64,000 bases of DNA, from NCBI GenBank assembly GCA_963674755.2, contig CAXXVS010000001.1:576001-640000 (forward strand), written 5' to 3'. Of the stretch, positions 47,636 through 56,188 are shown one piece after another. Each line of letters starts with the position of its first letter. Positions within the stretch are counted from its first letter, which is position 1. The DNA comes from Desulfobacterales bacterium (GTDB taxonomy: Bacteria; Desulfobacterota; Desulfobacteria; Desulfobacterales; UBA5852). The position numbers were made by a program, and so were the translations under genes. The notes beneath the pieces are model-generated. The model did not search any database. It saw only the letters and a program-made list of their open reading frames with translations, and was not told where the DNA came from.

Positions 47636-47828
47636 AACTTTCCCCCAAAAAATGCATTGAAATGCGGTATTGGCAAAAATATTTTTTTTGCTTAATTCTA
47701 AATCGATATGCAGTATGAATGGATATAAAGTGGTTTGCAGCCCATTTTGACATAGATTAAGTCGTTTAACTATAGTGCGCAGTGTGAACCGTAGCTATCT
47801 ACAAAATATTTAATATTAAGTTTATTCC

Positions 47829-48590
47829 ATGAAATACGAAAAACCTCAGAAAGGGAATCCACACAGCATAGTTATTAATCAGCATGTTTTTCCTAGTAAA
47901 AGCATTGAAAAATATGTAAACAAAAAAGGCTTTGTTGAGGTCTTTATTAAGAAAAAATCAAAAAAAATAAGCGCTAAACCAAATAATAAGATATTCTGCG
48001 TCCAAAGAATTTGGGATCAGCGCGCTGAGATTGGATACATGAAAGACATTGAAGATAAGTTTCAAAAATTATCGTCTAAAATAATAGCTAATCCAACTGA
48101 AGCAATCGATGATCATGGGCATATATTAGTCACAATGTTTTATGCATTATGGGATTTAAGATTTAGCCGAAGCCTTGAGCCGATAGATGATGTAGAGCTG
48201 AAAGGAATTCAGCAGGGAGAAGTGTGGAGTAAAGATCAGGAAGAGATTCTTGAAAATAAAGGATATATATTGTCAAAGAATATTGATGGTAAGGCCTTTA
48301 TCCCCAGCAGGTTCAATACAGGCATGAATATCCAAATGACCATCGATAATATGATTTATAAGTATAAAAATTTGAAATGGGGGATAGTCATCTCAACTGA
48401 AGGGGATTTTCTTGTTCCAGATAATTTTAACAAAACAACTATAGTGCCTATTTGCCCTAATGTTATTTTGCTGGGAAGTTCTAAAGATATTTATATCGCA
48501 GAAAATGAAACTAAAATAATAAATCGGTTAGCTATTCAAAATAGCAAAGAAATATACTTTGCAAGGAAATTGTCTAATTGCCCGGTATAA
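47829..48590 (+). CDS. DUF4238-like hypothetical protein (AT-rich)
   Basis: N-terminal NQHVFP..IEKY motif, IEDKF, FLVPDN..IVPICP, IINRLAIQNS..YF pattern resembling DUF4238. Confidence 0.6.
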   Translation: MKYEKPQKGNPHSIVINQHVFPSKSIEKYVNKKGFVEVFIKKKSKKISAKPNNKIFCVQRIWDQRAEIGYMKDIEDKFQKLSSKIIANPTEAIDDHGHILVTMFYALWDLRFSRSLEPIDDVELKGIQQGEVWSKDQEEILENKGYILSKNIDGKAFIPSRFNTGMNIQMTIDNMIYKYKNLKWGIVISTEGDFLVPDNFNKTTIVPICPNVILLGSSKDIYIAENETKIINRLAIQNSKEIYFARKLSNCPV

Positions 48591-48690
48591 AACTTTGCTT
48601 TTACATCCGCCGGACATCAAATAGTTCAGCCGCAACGACACAGTAAATATAGGTTTACTAAAAGGGTGCAAGTCGTTAGCATTGAATATT

Positions 48691-49929
48691 ATGAATGACG
48701 GAATAATTAATCGATTATGCAGAAAAGCCAGATCAAACCAGCTTGTGATAGTTGTTGGAGATTCATTGAGCCCATCAGGATTGTCATTAAATTTCATAGG
48801 TAAAATGATTGCAAAAAAATACAGCATTAAGTTAACTTTAAAAAATGAATATGAAATATTCAGTAATTGGAATGGTCTTATCGATAAAGCCGAAAACAAT
48901 AAAAATAGAGAAAATATTAAAGATTATTTAAAAGATGTTTTTAGCAAAATTAGACCAGTATCTTTAATCAAACAAATCGCATCATTACCAATTTCTAACT
49001 ATATCGATTTAACGGTATCGCGATTATTGTATAGGGCTACAATCGAGTTAGGGAAGGAACCAATCCTTCACGATTTTGAAACACAGCGAATGGGTTCATG
49101 GCAACACAGTAACCCTTCAAATCCTAATATTTTTTTCTGCTTTGGTAATTGTTATAGTAATAATCCATGGATTGGTGTTCATGAACAAATTTTCCTTCAA
49201 GAGCAGAATAGAATACAAATTGAGAATATGATGGAAATGGTAGATAACAAAGATATTCTTTTACTGGATATTTCATCATATGAAGCAGAATACATGCTGC
49301 ATTTGAGCAGCTTAGTTCATTCTTCTTCCAAAATAGTTAATACAAGCGATGTCAATAATGACCCTGTATACTGGTCAAAAAATGGCGTTCTTATTTATGG
49401 GCAAAGCGTTAGTAGTGTAATAGGCAGACTATCACCTCATTTTGGAACAGAATATACAATGTGGGATCGATTTGGTTTGAGAAAACTCATCGACACTTCT
49501 CGAAAAAAGGATTTCGATTGTTTTATAAGCTATTTTAGCGGTGATAAAGATTTTGCTAAAAGAGTCGAGAATGATTTATCGCTTAGAGGTCTATATATTT
49601 GGCGAGACGATAATGAAATAGAAATTGGAGATTCTTTTACTGATCAGGTAGAAAAAGGATTGCGAAACAGCTATTCATTTATAGTTGTGTTAACGCATGA
49701 AGCTTTAAAAAGGCCATGGGTAAAAGAAGAATTGCGGGCTGCTTACAATTTAAGGTTAGCGGAAGAATTTAAAATCTTACCATTGCTTTATAAAGAGTGC
49801 GAAATACCATTATTTCTATCTGATTATAAGTATGCTGATTTCCGTGATGAAAAAAGATATACTGAGCAGATGGGATTGCTTGAAAAATCAATTAGAAATG
49901 CTGTGAAAAAAGCTCGTAATAAGAGTTGA
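48691..49929 (+). CDS. Degenerate SIR2-like domain fused to a TIR domain
   Basis: LVIVVGDSLSPSG N-terminus; C-terminal DCFISY..DKDFA..IWRD..IEIGD..VVLT..PWVKEEL..ILPLLY..IPLFL..YADF (TIR_2). Confidence 0.8.
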   Translation: MNDGIINRLCRKARSNQLVIVVGDSLSPSGLSLNFIGKMIAKKYSIKLTLKNEYEIFSNWNGLIDKAENNKNRENIKDYLKDVFSKIRPVSLIKQIASLPISNYIDLTVSRLLYRATIELGKEPILHDFETQRMGSWQHSNPSNPNIFFCFGNCYSNNPWIGVHEQIFLQEQNRIQIENMMEMVDNKDILLLDISSYEAEYMLHLSSLVHSSSKIVNTSDVNNDPVYWSKNGVLIYGQSVSSVIGRLSPHFGTEYTMWDRFGLRKLIDTSRKKDFDCFISYFSGDKDFAKRVENDLSLRGLYIWRDDNEIEIGDSFTDQVEKGLRNSYSFIVVLTHEALKRPWVKEELRAAYNLRLAEEFKILPLLYKECEIPLFLSDYKYADFRDEKRYTEQMGLLEKSIRNAVKKARNKS

Positions 49930-49995
49930 ATTCTAACATTATCGATAACGTTGGCGGGGAAGGGAATGCCGCCTAACAGATTTTTGTCATCACAT

Positions 49996-50316
49996 ATGAA
50001 AACAAAAATGATTATCCCATTTACAACACTTGATGATATATCAAAAAACTTTTTAGACTGGTCAAAAGAAATAGAAAGGTATTGGGAGCTATACGTTGGA
50101 AGGTATTCAGAAGTGCAAAATACCCCTAAAGCTGAATCTATTACAAAAAATACATGTGAAATTTTTAAATATTTACTTAAGTTGTTTGTAAAGCATTCAA
50201 GACACAATGACGATTTTACTTTTTCGAATTCCAATAATTGCATTTTGCCAGCAAAGGAAGCATCGGTAAAATCAGTAAAAACTGGGACAAAACACGGGAC
50301 GTCCATTCATAAATAA
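49996..50316 (+). CDS. Possible AT-rich ORF or gene fragment
   Basis: Open on both strands; no motif; runs into the transposase IR. Confidence 0.25.
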   Translation: MKTKMIIPFTTLDDISKNFLDWSKEIERYWELYVGRYSEVQNTPKAESITKNTCEIFKYLLKLFVKHSRHNDDFTFSNSNNCILPAKEASVKSVKTGTKHGTSIHK

Positions 50317-51384
50317 GTTGCTTACAGCCGCCTGATCTGCTATCTATGTTCCATGCCCCGCCAAGCCCGCATTGATGCCCCCGGTGCCGTTCACCACGTC
50401 ATTGTCCGTGGGATCGAGCGCCGCGACATTTTCCGCGACAATCAGGACCGTCACGACTGGATCGAACGTCTGGCGACGATCCTGGAAGAAACCGCAACAC
50501 CCTGCTTTGCCTGGGCCTTGATGTCCAACCACGCTCACTTTTTGCTCCGAACCGGCCGCCTGCCCCTGGCCGGGGTCATGCGCCGACTGTTGACAGGCTA
50601 TGCCGTCAGGTTCAACCGCCGATATATGCGGCATGGGCAGCTGTTCCAAAATCGATACAAGTCCATCCTGTGCCAGGAAGATCCCTATCTCAAAGAATTG
50701 GTCCGCTATATCCACTTGAACCCTTTAAGGGTTGGACTCGTCAGCGATCTGAAGGAACTGGACCGATACCCCTTCACGGGCCACAGCACTTTGATGGGGC
50801 ATAGCGAGCAGCCATGGCAGGATGCCGGCTACGTCTTGAACCTGTTTGCCAAACGGATTCCTACCGCCCGCAAACGCTATCGCGCCTTTGTCGAAAAGGG
50901 CGTCGACCAGGGAAGGCGGCCGGAACTGATCGGCGGCGGTCTGCTGCGCAGCATGGGAGGCTGGCAGGCGGTGAAAACGATGCGGGCGGCAGGGCAACGC
51001 ACCAAGGGGGATGAGCGCATCTTAGGCGATAGGAATTTTATCGATCGCGTCCTGGCCGCCAGCAACGACGCGTTGGAACGCAAGGCGGTTTACCGCAGCC
51101 AGGGCTATGATTTCGATTGGCTCGTTAAAAGGGTCGCCGAATTGCTATCAATAGACGTCGAGGATGTCTTAAAACGAGGGCGGTACCCGCAAACCGTCAA
51201 GGCCCGCAGCATTCTCTTGTACTGGGCCCACCGCGAGTTGGGTATCCCCACCACGGAATTGGCCCGGCGAATGAGCCTGTCGCAGCCGGCGGTCAGCCAT
51301 TCGGTGGCTCGGGGAGAATGGCTTGTCCGCGAAAATGGCTATACTTTGTCGGCTCATTTATAATTATATGTGAATGGATGTCCC
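50296..51384 (+). mobile_element. RAYT/Y1-type HUH transposase unit bounded by 21-bp imperfect inverted repeats
   Basis: Left GGGACGTCCATTCATAAATAA (50296-50316), right TTATATGTGAATGGATGTCCC (51364-51384), 18/21 match; GC-rich inside AT-rich flanks. Confidence 0.8.
50353..51363 (+). CDS. REP-associated tyrosine transposase (Y1_Tnp) with C-terminal HTH
   Basis: MPRQARID..HHVIVRG.ERRDIF, LMSNHAH (HUH), GQLFQNRYKS, RYIHLNP (catalytic Tyr), DnaA-C-like HTH. Confidence 0.92.
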   Translation: MPRQARIDAPGAVHHVIVRGIERRDIFRDNQDRHDWIERLATILEETATPCFAWALMSNHAHFLLRTGRLPLAGVMRRLLTGYAVRFNRRYMRHGQLFQNRYKSILCQEDPYLKELVRYIHLNPLRVGLVSDLKELDRYPFTGHSTLMGHSEQPWQDAGYVLNLFAKRIPTARKRYRAFVEKGVDQGRRPELIGGGLLRSMGGWQAVKTMRAAGQRTKGDERILGDRNFIDRVLAASNDALERKAVYRSQGYDFDWLVKRVAELLSIDVEDVLKRGRYPQTVKARSILLYWAHRELGIPTTELARRMSLSQPAVSHSVARGEWLVRENGYTLSAHL

Positions 51385-51412
51385 TCCAATTCCTGCAAAG
51401 GAAATTCGATCG

Positions 51413-52081
51413 ATGAACCTGAATTTTTACAAGACCATCTTCATTACATTTTTATTCATTATATTCACAGGAGATTATTTAATGGGACAATCTTCTTTAG
51501 GCATAGAACCGCAAAAATTAACTAAAGCAGATAAAGTCATAATGGAATTAATAAATAGGGAATTCCCAATCGATAAAACAACTTTTCATAATACGACACC
51601 CGATAGTACCTACCCCTACTGGATTAGGGACTTAAAACGATATCAAGCTATGGACGAAGGCTGGATTACGGCAGATCCGCCCGGACCGCCCATGACATTT
51701 ATAGTTAATCCTGCTAATAAAATCTTCCGTTCCATGGCCGAAGCCCTTTCTTCGATTAAATATGTACCCCAAAATGATGAAAATGCTTTGAAGGCGGCTG
51801 TTATGATTGCTACGCAATCATCCCACCCCAAGGGTAAAGTTATTGTCGATGGTAACGGAAAAGCCGATGGTATTCCGAAAGACGTATTAAGCAATTATGA
51901 TTTAGCGCCAGCCATCTCTAAAAATGGCAAAGAGTACAATATAATTGTTTTCTCATGGGTCTCATTCGAAACCCAAAACAAATTTGTACGAGGTTATCAT
52001 TCCCTATGGAGGCATATGATTTCTATTGATGGATACGCATATAAAGAAACAATAAAAATACTCTGGGAGAAGAAGGATTGA
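51413..52081 (+). CDS. AT-rich exported hypothetical protein
   Basis: AAAGGA RBS; hydrophobic N-terminus (KTIFITFLFIIFTG); no known motif. Confidence 0.7.
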   Translation: MNLNFYKTIFITFLFIIFTGDYLMGQSSLGIEPQKLTKADKVIMELINREFPIDKTTFHNTTPDSTYPYWIRDLKRYQAMDEGWITADPPGPPMTFIVNPANKIFRSMAEALSSIKYVPQNDENALKAAVMIATQSSHPKGKVIVDGNGKADGIPKDVLSNYDLAPAISKNGKEYNIIVFSWVSFETQNKFVRGYHSLWRHMISIDGYAYKETIKILWEKKD

Positions 52082-52134
52082 CGCAAGAGTTGTTTGAAAA
52101 CTTAACAGGGGGAAATGAAGAAACATAATCCCAA

Positions 52135-52333
52135 TTACTGACAATTGCACCGCGCAAATTCTGTCGAGCTCTTGGCGGCCTTCTTCCACGGTCAGGTCGA
52201 TATCGTTCCACGCCTGCTTGAGCGCGCGTATGATCCTATGGGCCAGCATCATCACCAGCCCATGTCCCCGGGTGCTGGCTTCGGTGCGGACAAACACCGG
52301 CCGCACCTCCCGGTGGTTGGTCTTGCAGGTGCG
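52135..52333 (-). pseudogene. IS1634-like DDE transposase C-terminal remnant
   Basis: RTCKT..EVRPVFVRTEASTRGH..MLA..I...L..AW..IDLTVEEG..EL..IC. Confidence 0.7.
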
Positions 52334-52637
52334 CAAGGCGGTTTACCGCAGCCAGGGCTATGATTTCGATTGGTTCGTTAAAAGGGTTGCCGAATTGCCG
52401 GCGATGGACGTCGGGGACGTTTTAAAACGAGGGCGGTACCCGCAAACCGTCAAAGCCCGCAGCATTCTTTTGTACTGGGTCCACCGCGAGTTGGGTATCC
52501 CCACCACGGAATTGGCCCGGCGAATGAGCCTGTCGCAGCCGGCGGTCAGCCATTCAGTGGCACGGGGAGAAAAGCTTGTCCGCGAAAACGGATATATTTT
52601 GTCGGCTCATTTATAATTATATATGAATGGACCTCCA
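52332..52637 (+). pseudogene. Second, 5'-truncated copy of the RAYT gene with its right end
   Basis: About 300-bp direct repeat of 51079-51384 with scattered substitutions; ends TTATATATGAATGGACCTCCA. Confidence 0.9.
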
Positions 52638-52656
52638 ACGCCTAAAGGCGAAAACT

Positions 52657-54771
52657 TCAGCTGGCGGCCGCCTGGCGGTTACTCCGGCCGACCACATTGG
52701 GGAACATTTCCAGATTGGTATGCGGCAGAAAGAGGGCTGAGGTGAATTCATCCATATAGCGGGGATTGCTGGAGAAATCGATGTAGGTCATGTTGCGGCA
52801 GATCGCCTGGGCCTCCTGGCGGTATTGAGCGGACATCAGGACCATATAGGCCCCGGCAATGGAACTGTTGCCCAAATAGGAAAATTTGGTGCGGTCGATG
52901 TCGGGCAGAAGACCAATCCGAATCGCCTTGTCGATGTTGAGATAATGCCCGAAGCCCCCGGTGATCACCATGCGCTCCACCATGGCAAACTCCAAGCCGG
53001 CCTCGTTTAACAAAGTCGCAAAGCCGGCATATACTGCTCCCTTGCTGTAAATCAGATTTTTCAGATCGGATTCGGTGAAGACGATATCTTCCTTCATCGG
53101 TGTCTGGTCGGCCCGCGCCAGGATGTAGGCCGGTTCGTCATTGACGGTTGTGATCCGGGGATGATGCAGATCGTCGATGAATTTACCGCGGCGGTCGATC
53201 AGGCCGGCTTGCAGGAGTTCCGATATCAGGTCGATCATCCCGGACCCACAGATGCCGCGGGGCGGTTGATCGCTCACGGTGGTGATGACGGGCTCGCGGG
53301 TCGTCGGATCGATGGACACTTTTTCGATGGCCCCGTCTTCCGCCCGCATGCCCCACCGGATGCCGCCCCCCTCGAAGGCCGGGCCGGCGCTGCAGGCGGC
53401 GGTCATCATCCAGTCCTTGTTGCCCAGCACGATCTCCCCGTTGGTGCCCACATCGATAAAAAGGGTCAGGGGCTCCTCACGGTGAATTCCGGTGTAGAGC
53501 ACGCCAGCGACAATGTCGCCCCCCACATAACTGGCCGGTCCCGGCATCACATACACGGCGGCAATCGGATTGGCCTTAAGCCCGATATCGCCGGCCTTGA
53601 GAATCGGGAATTCCGTTACGGTGGGGATATAGGGCTCCCGGCGGATGTAGCGCGGTTCGATCTCCAGCAGCAGGTGGGCCATGGTCGTGTTGCCCGATAC
53701 CACCGCGTTTTTGACATCCTCGGCCCGGGCTCCGGCACTGTCCAGGGCTTCTTCGATCAAATTATTGATGGTCGCCAGCGCCATGCGGCTGAGCTTCCGG
53801 ACGCCGTCTTTCTCGGCGCACACCATGCGGTTGATCACATCATCGCCGCAGGCGGCCTGCCGGTTGTGGCCGGAGGCGGCCGCCAAGATGGTGCCGTTGG
53901 TCATATCCACCAGATAGACCACGATGGAGGTCGTCCCCACATCGATGGCCAGACCCAAGGAGGGGGCACCACCGTTGCCCGGGTAGACGGCCAGAATTTC
54001 ATTGGAGCATTTGCCCGGCATCACGGCTACCGTCACTTTCCAGTTTTCCTCACGCACCGCGGCCGCGAGTTGCCGCATGACCGGGAGGCCGACATTGAGC
54101 CGGTCGATGTCGAGGTTTTCTTTCTTCACCCCCCGTTTTAGGCGGTCCAGATCACTCACGGCGTCTTCCAGTGTCGGCGGATCCAGCATCAGCAAAATCT
54201 CTTTGAGCATCGGTTCCGGCGACGGCACGAGTCCCTTGAGCCGGGCCGTGGCTTCCTGTCCCATACCAGCCACTTTGAGTTTGTGCTGCAAGGCCTCTTC
54301 CGGAATGCGCACGGTGACATCACCTGACACCTTGCTCAGGCAAGCCAGGACATACCCTTTGTCTTTTTCGCTATCGGTCAGAAGAGCCGTCGACGGCGCG
54401 TCAACGCGGCCGGACGTAACCACCAGCCGACACTTGCCGCAGGCCCCTTTGCCGTTGCAGGAAGCGTTGATATGCACACCGGCCAATCGGGCGGCTTTCA
54501 ATAGCGTGGTCCCTTCAGGCACGTGGATTTCCTTGCCATCGGGTCCAAAAACAACGCGATGTTCAGGAGGGGTATCCCTGGCCGCCGCGGGTGCTAAGTC
54601 GGCATCCAGACCTTCTTTTTTCTTGGTCATGAACCATATGGGGCAGGATTCCCGAAACTTGCAGTAAAGCTCCGGGCCCCGGCATTGAAGGCATTCGTCA
54701 CACAGGTAGATGTTGTGCTTCATGCAAAGATAGCTGGTTTCGCGCTCCGGGTGGTTGATACAGGTTCCCAT
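52657..54771 (-). CDS. ASKHA-domain 2Fe-2S protein (RACo/DUF4445 corrinoid reductive activator family) with N-terminal Cys-rich finger
   Basis: CNGKGACGKC..LAC, IDVGTT, GDDVINR, IDVGTNGE, CSAGPAFEG, GICGSG, GGFG, GNSS. Confidence 0.9.
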   Translation of the reverse strand: MGTCINHPERETSYLCMKHNIYLCDECLQCRGPELYCKFRESCPIWFMTKKKEGLDADLAPAAARDTPPEHRVVFGPDGKEIHVPEGTTLLKAARLAGVHINASCNGKGACGKCRLVVTSGRVDAPSTALLTDSEKDKGYVLACLSKVSGDVTVRIPEEALQHKLKVAGMGQEATARLKGLVPSPEPMLKEILLMLDPPTLEDAVSDLDRLKRGVKKENLDIDRLNVGLPVMRQLAAAVREENWKVTVAVMPGKCSNEILAVYPGNGGAPSLGLAIDVGTTSIVVYLVDMTNGTILAAASGHNRQAACGDDVINRMVCAEKDGVRKLSRMALATINNLIEEALDSAGARAEDVKNAVVSGNTTMAHLLLEIEPRYIRREPYIPTVTEFPILKAGDIGLKANPIAAVYVMPGPASYVGGDIVAGVLYTGIHREEPLTLFIDVGTNGEIVLGNKDWMMTAACSAGPAFEGGGIRWGMRAEDGAIEKVSIDPTTREPVITTVSDQPPRGICGSGMIDLISELLQAGLIDRRGKFIDDLHHPRITTVNDEPAYILARADQTPMKEDIVFTESDLKNLIYSKGAVYAGFATLLNEAGLEFAMVERMVITGGFGHYLNIDKAIRIGLLPDIDRTKFSYLGNSSIAGAYMVLMSAQYRQEAQAICRNMTYIDFSSNPRYMDEFTSALFLPHTNLEMFPNVVGRSNRQAAAS

Positions 54772-54905
54772 TCCGATTCCTTTTCGGTTGCTCTAGCAGA
54801 TGGGCCGTATGACGTGACGGACCTAACCGCCCAGGATGATATTTATAGTGTTGGGGTTCCATTTTTTTTTGACGTATTCAGCACCGTCGTCCTGTCTTGA
54901 GCCAG

Positions 54906-55226
54906 TCAAGCCAATACCTGATCCATGGCCTGTTTGAGGGTTTCCGCTTTCTGCAGTCCCACAAACCGGCCAACTTCCAGACCATCCTTAAAGATGATCA
55001 AGGTGGGAATGCTTTGAATCCCCAGGTTCAAAGCGACATCCGAGTTGTTGTCAATATTCATCGTGGCGATATCCGCCTTGCCATTGTACCTCTCGCCCAC
55101 CTCATTGAGAATCGGCGCCTGCGCGCGACATGGCGCGCACCAGGGCGCATTGAAGTCAACCAGCGTCACCCCCTGCTGAATTATTTTCTCCAAATCACTA
55201 CGGCCGTTCAATTCCTTTTCAGCCAT
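54906..55226 (-). CDS. trxA: Thioredoxin
   Basis: DFNAPWCAPCR, IQSIPTL. Confidence 0.92.
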   Translation of the reverse strand: MAEKELNGRSDLEKIIQQGVTLVDFNAPWCAPCRAQAPILNEVGERYNGKADIATMNIDNNSDVALNLGIQSIPTLIIFKDGLEVGRFVGLQKAETLKQAMDQVLA

Positions 55227-55320
55227 CGCCCTTCTCCCACATCGCTTCTCGTTAGTCGAAGGCCGCTATCGCACGACAGCGGCCTTGGGTTTTGCTTTCC
55301 ACAACGAAAGCCCATCTTTT

Positions 55321-55638
55321 TCAACCACCGAAATTTCCCGCTCCGAGACCCCGCATCGCTTGGTCGGTGTTGACGCGAAGGGTCGAAATGGCAGCATCGA
55401 AAGCTTTGCGTTCCGTCAGGATATCGTCCATACAGGTCTCGGGGCGGCAATTCTCCTTGATCTGCTCGATCCGGTCGTCCATTTCACCGATCAGTATATG
55501 CAGATCTTCGATGTTGGGCCGAATCTTCTCCCTTTCGCCACCCGGCAATTGTTCCATTTTACGGGTGATGTCGTAAACAATCGCCTTCCATGCGGTCAGT
55601 TCCATCTCCATTGTTTTGCAGCAGTTTTTGGCTAGCAT
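55321..55638 (-). CDS. Conserved hypothetical helical protein
   Basis: AAGGAGGAG RBS; NCCKTMEMELTAWKA..YD; first gene after a sigma54-like promoter. Confidence 0.75.
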   Translation of the reverse strand: MLAKNCCKTMEMELTAWKAIVYDITRKMEQLPGGEREKIRPNIEDLHILIGEMDDRIEQIKENCRPETCMDDILTERKAFDAAISTLRVNTDQAMRGLGAGNFGG

Positions 55639-55724
55639 GATGTTCTCCTCCTTTTGGGGTTCATGGTCATCGTCGGCTGCATCGCATTAGATCCGATGCA
55701 ATAACGATCTTTAAGAACCTTTAT

Positions 55725-55740
55725 TACAATATCGATGCCA
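55725..55740 (-). promoter_or_regulatory. Sigma54-like promoter TGGCAT-CGATA-TTGTA
   Basis: -24 TGGC with canonical spacing; GT in place of GC at -12; AT-rich tract and GTAACG repeats upstream. Confidence 0.55.
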
Positions 55741-56188
55741 AGCCGGAGCATTTAACACCGCCGCCAAATATTTTTTAACTATTCGATATAATTATAAATA
55801 TAGAAATTGTGAAACCGACCACATGATTTAGAGAAACCATTACTTTAAGATTGCGTTACCCAAGGTAACGATACGGGACCAAAAGTAACGGTGAGTAACG
55901 GATCAGGCCGGCGGAGGCGGCCGGCGGGGGGGCGATCAGTTCGAACCCGAATTTTGTTGGGTCAAAAGGGAATTCGCGTTGGCATGCGCGAAGCCGACCG
56001 CCGCAGAATCCCATGACCACCCCATCGGACGGGTGGTCATGAATCCTGTTAGGACTTCGAGTGTAATGAAGTCGACGGGGATGACGCTGGATTTTGGCTC
56101 GGGTACCCGAGGCGGCGACGGTTGCCGAAGCGCGCCTGGGCCGCACCAAACGCCCTTGCCGGGCGGGCGACCCAACACGATGCACGAT

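Noticed and set aside
48590..49960. Integron attC sites around the AT-rich genes (GTTAGC at about 48675; CTAACATTATC/GATAACGTTGG after the TIR gene)
   Set aside because: Core boxes are imperfect, the second palindrome is far too short for attC, and there is no intI; an IntegronFinder run would settle it.
49824..50306. 160-aa minus-strand ORF
   Set aside because: It starts inside the transposase IR, overlaps the TIR gene and has no motif; the coding strand here cannot be determined.
47073..52650. Classical tRNA-integrated island or prophage
   Set aside because: No integrase or phage genes, and I found no repeat of the tRNA-Glu 3' end; the AT-rich DNA begins about 480 nt after the tRNA.
55856..56185. 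ORFs between the flavoprotein gene and the downstream promoter
   Set aside because: No RBS or motif; the region is better explained by a hairpin (CATGACCAC..GTGGTCATG) and regulatory DNA.
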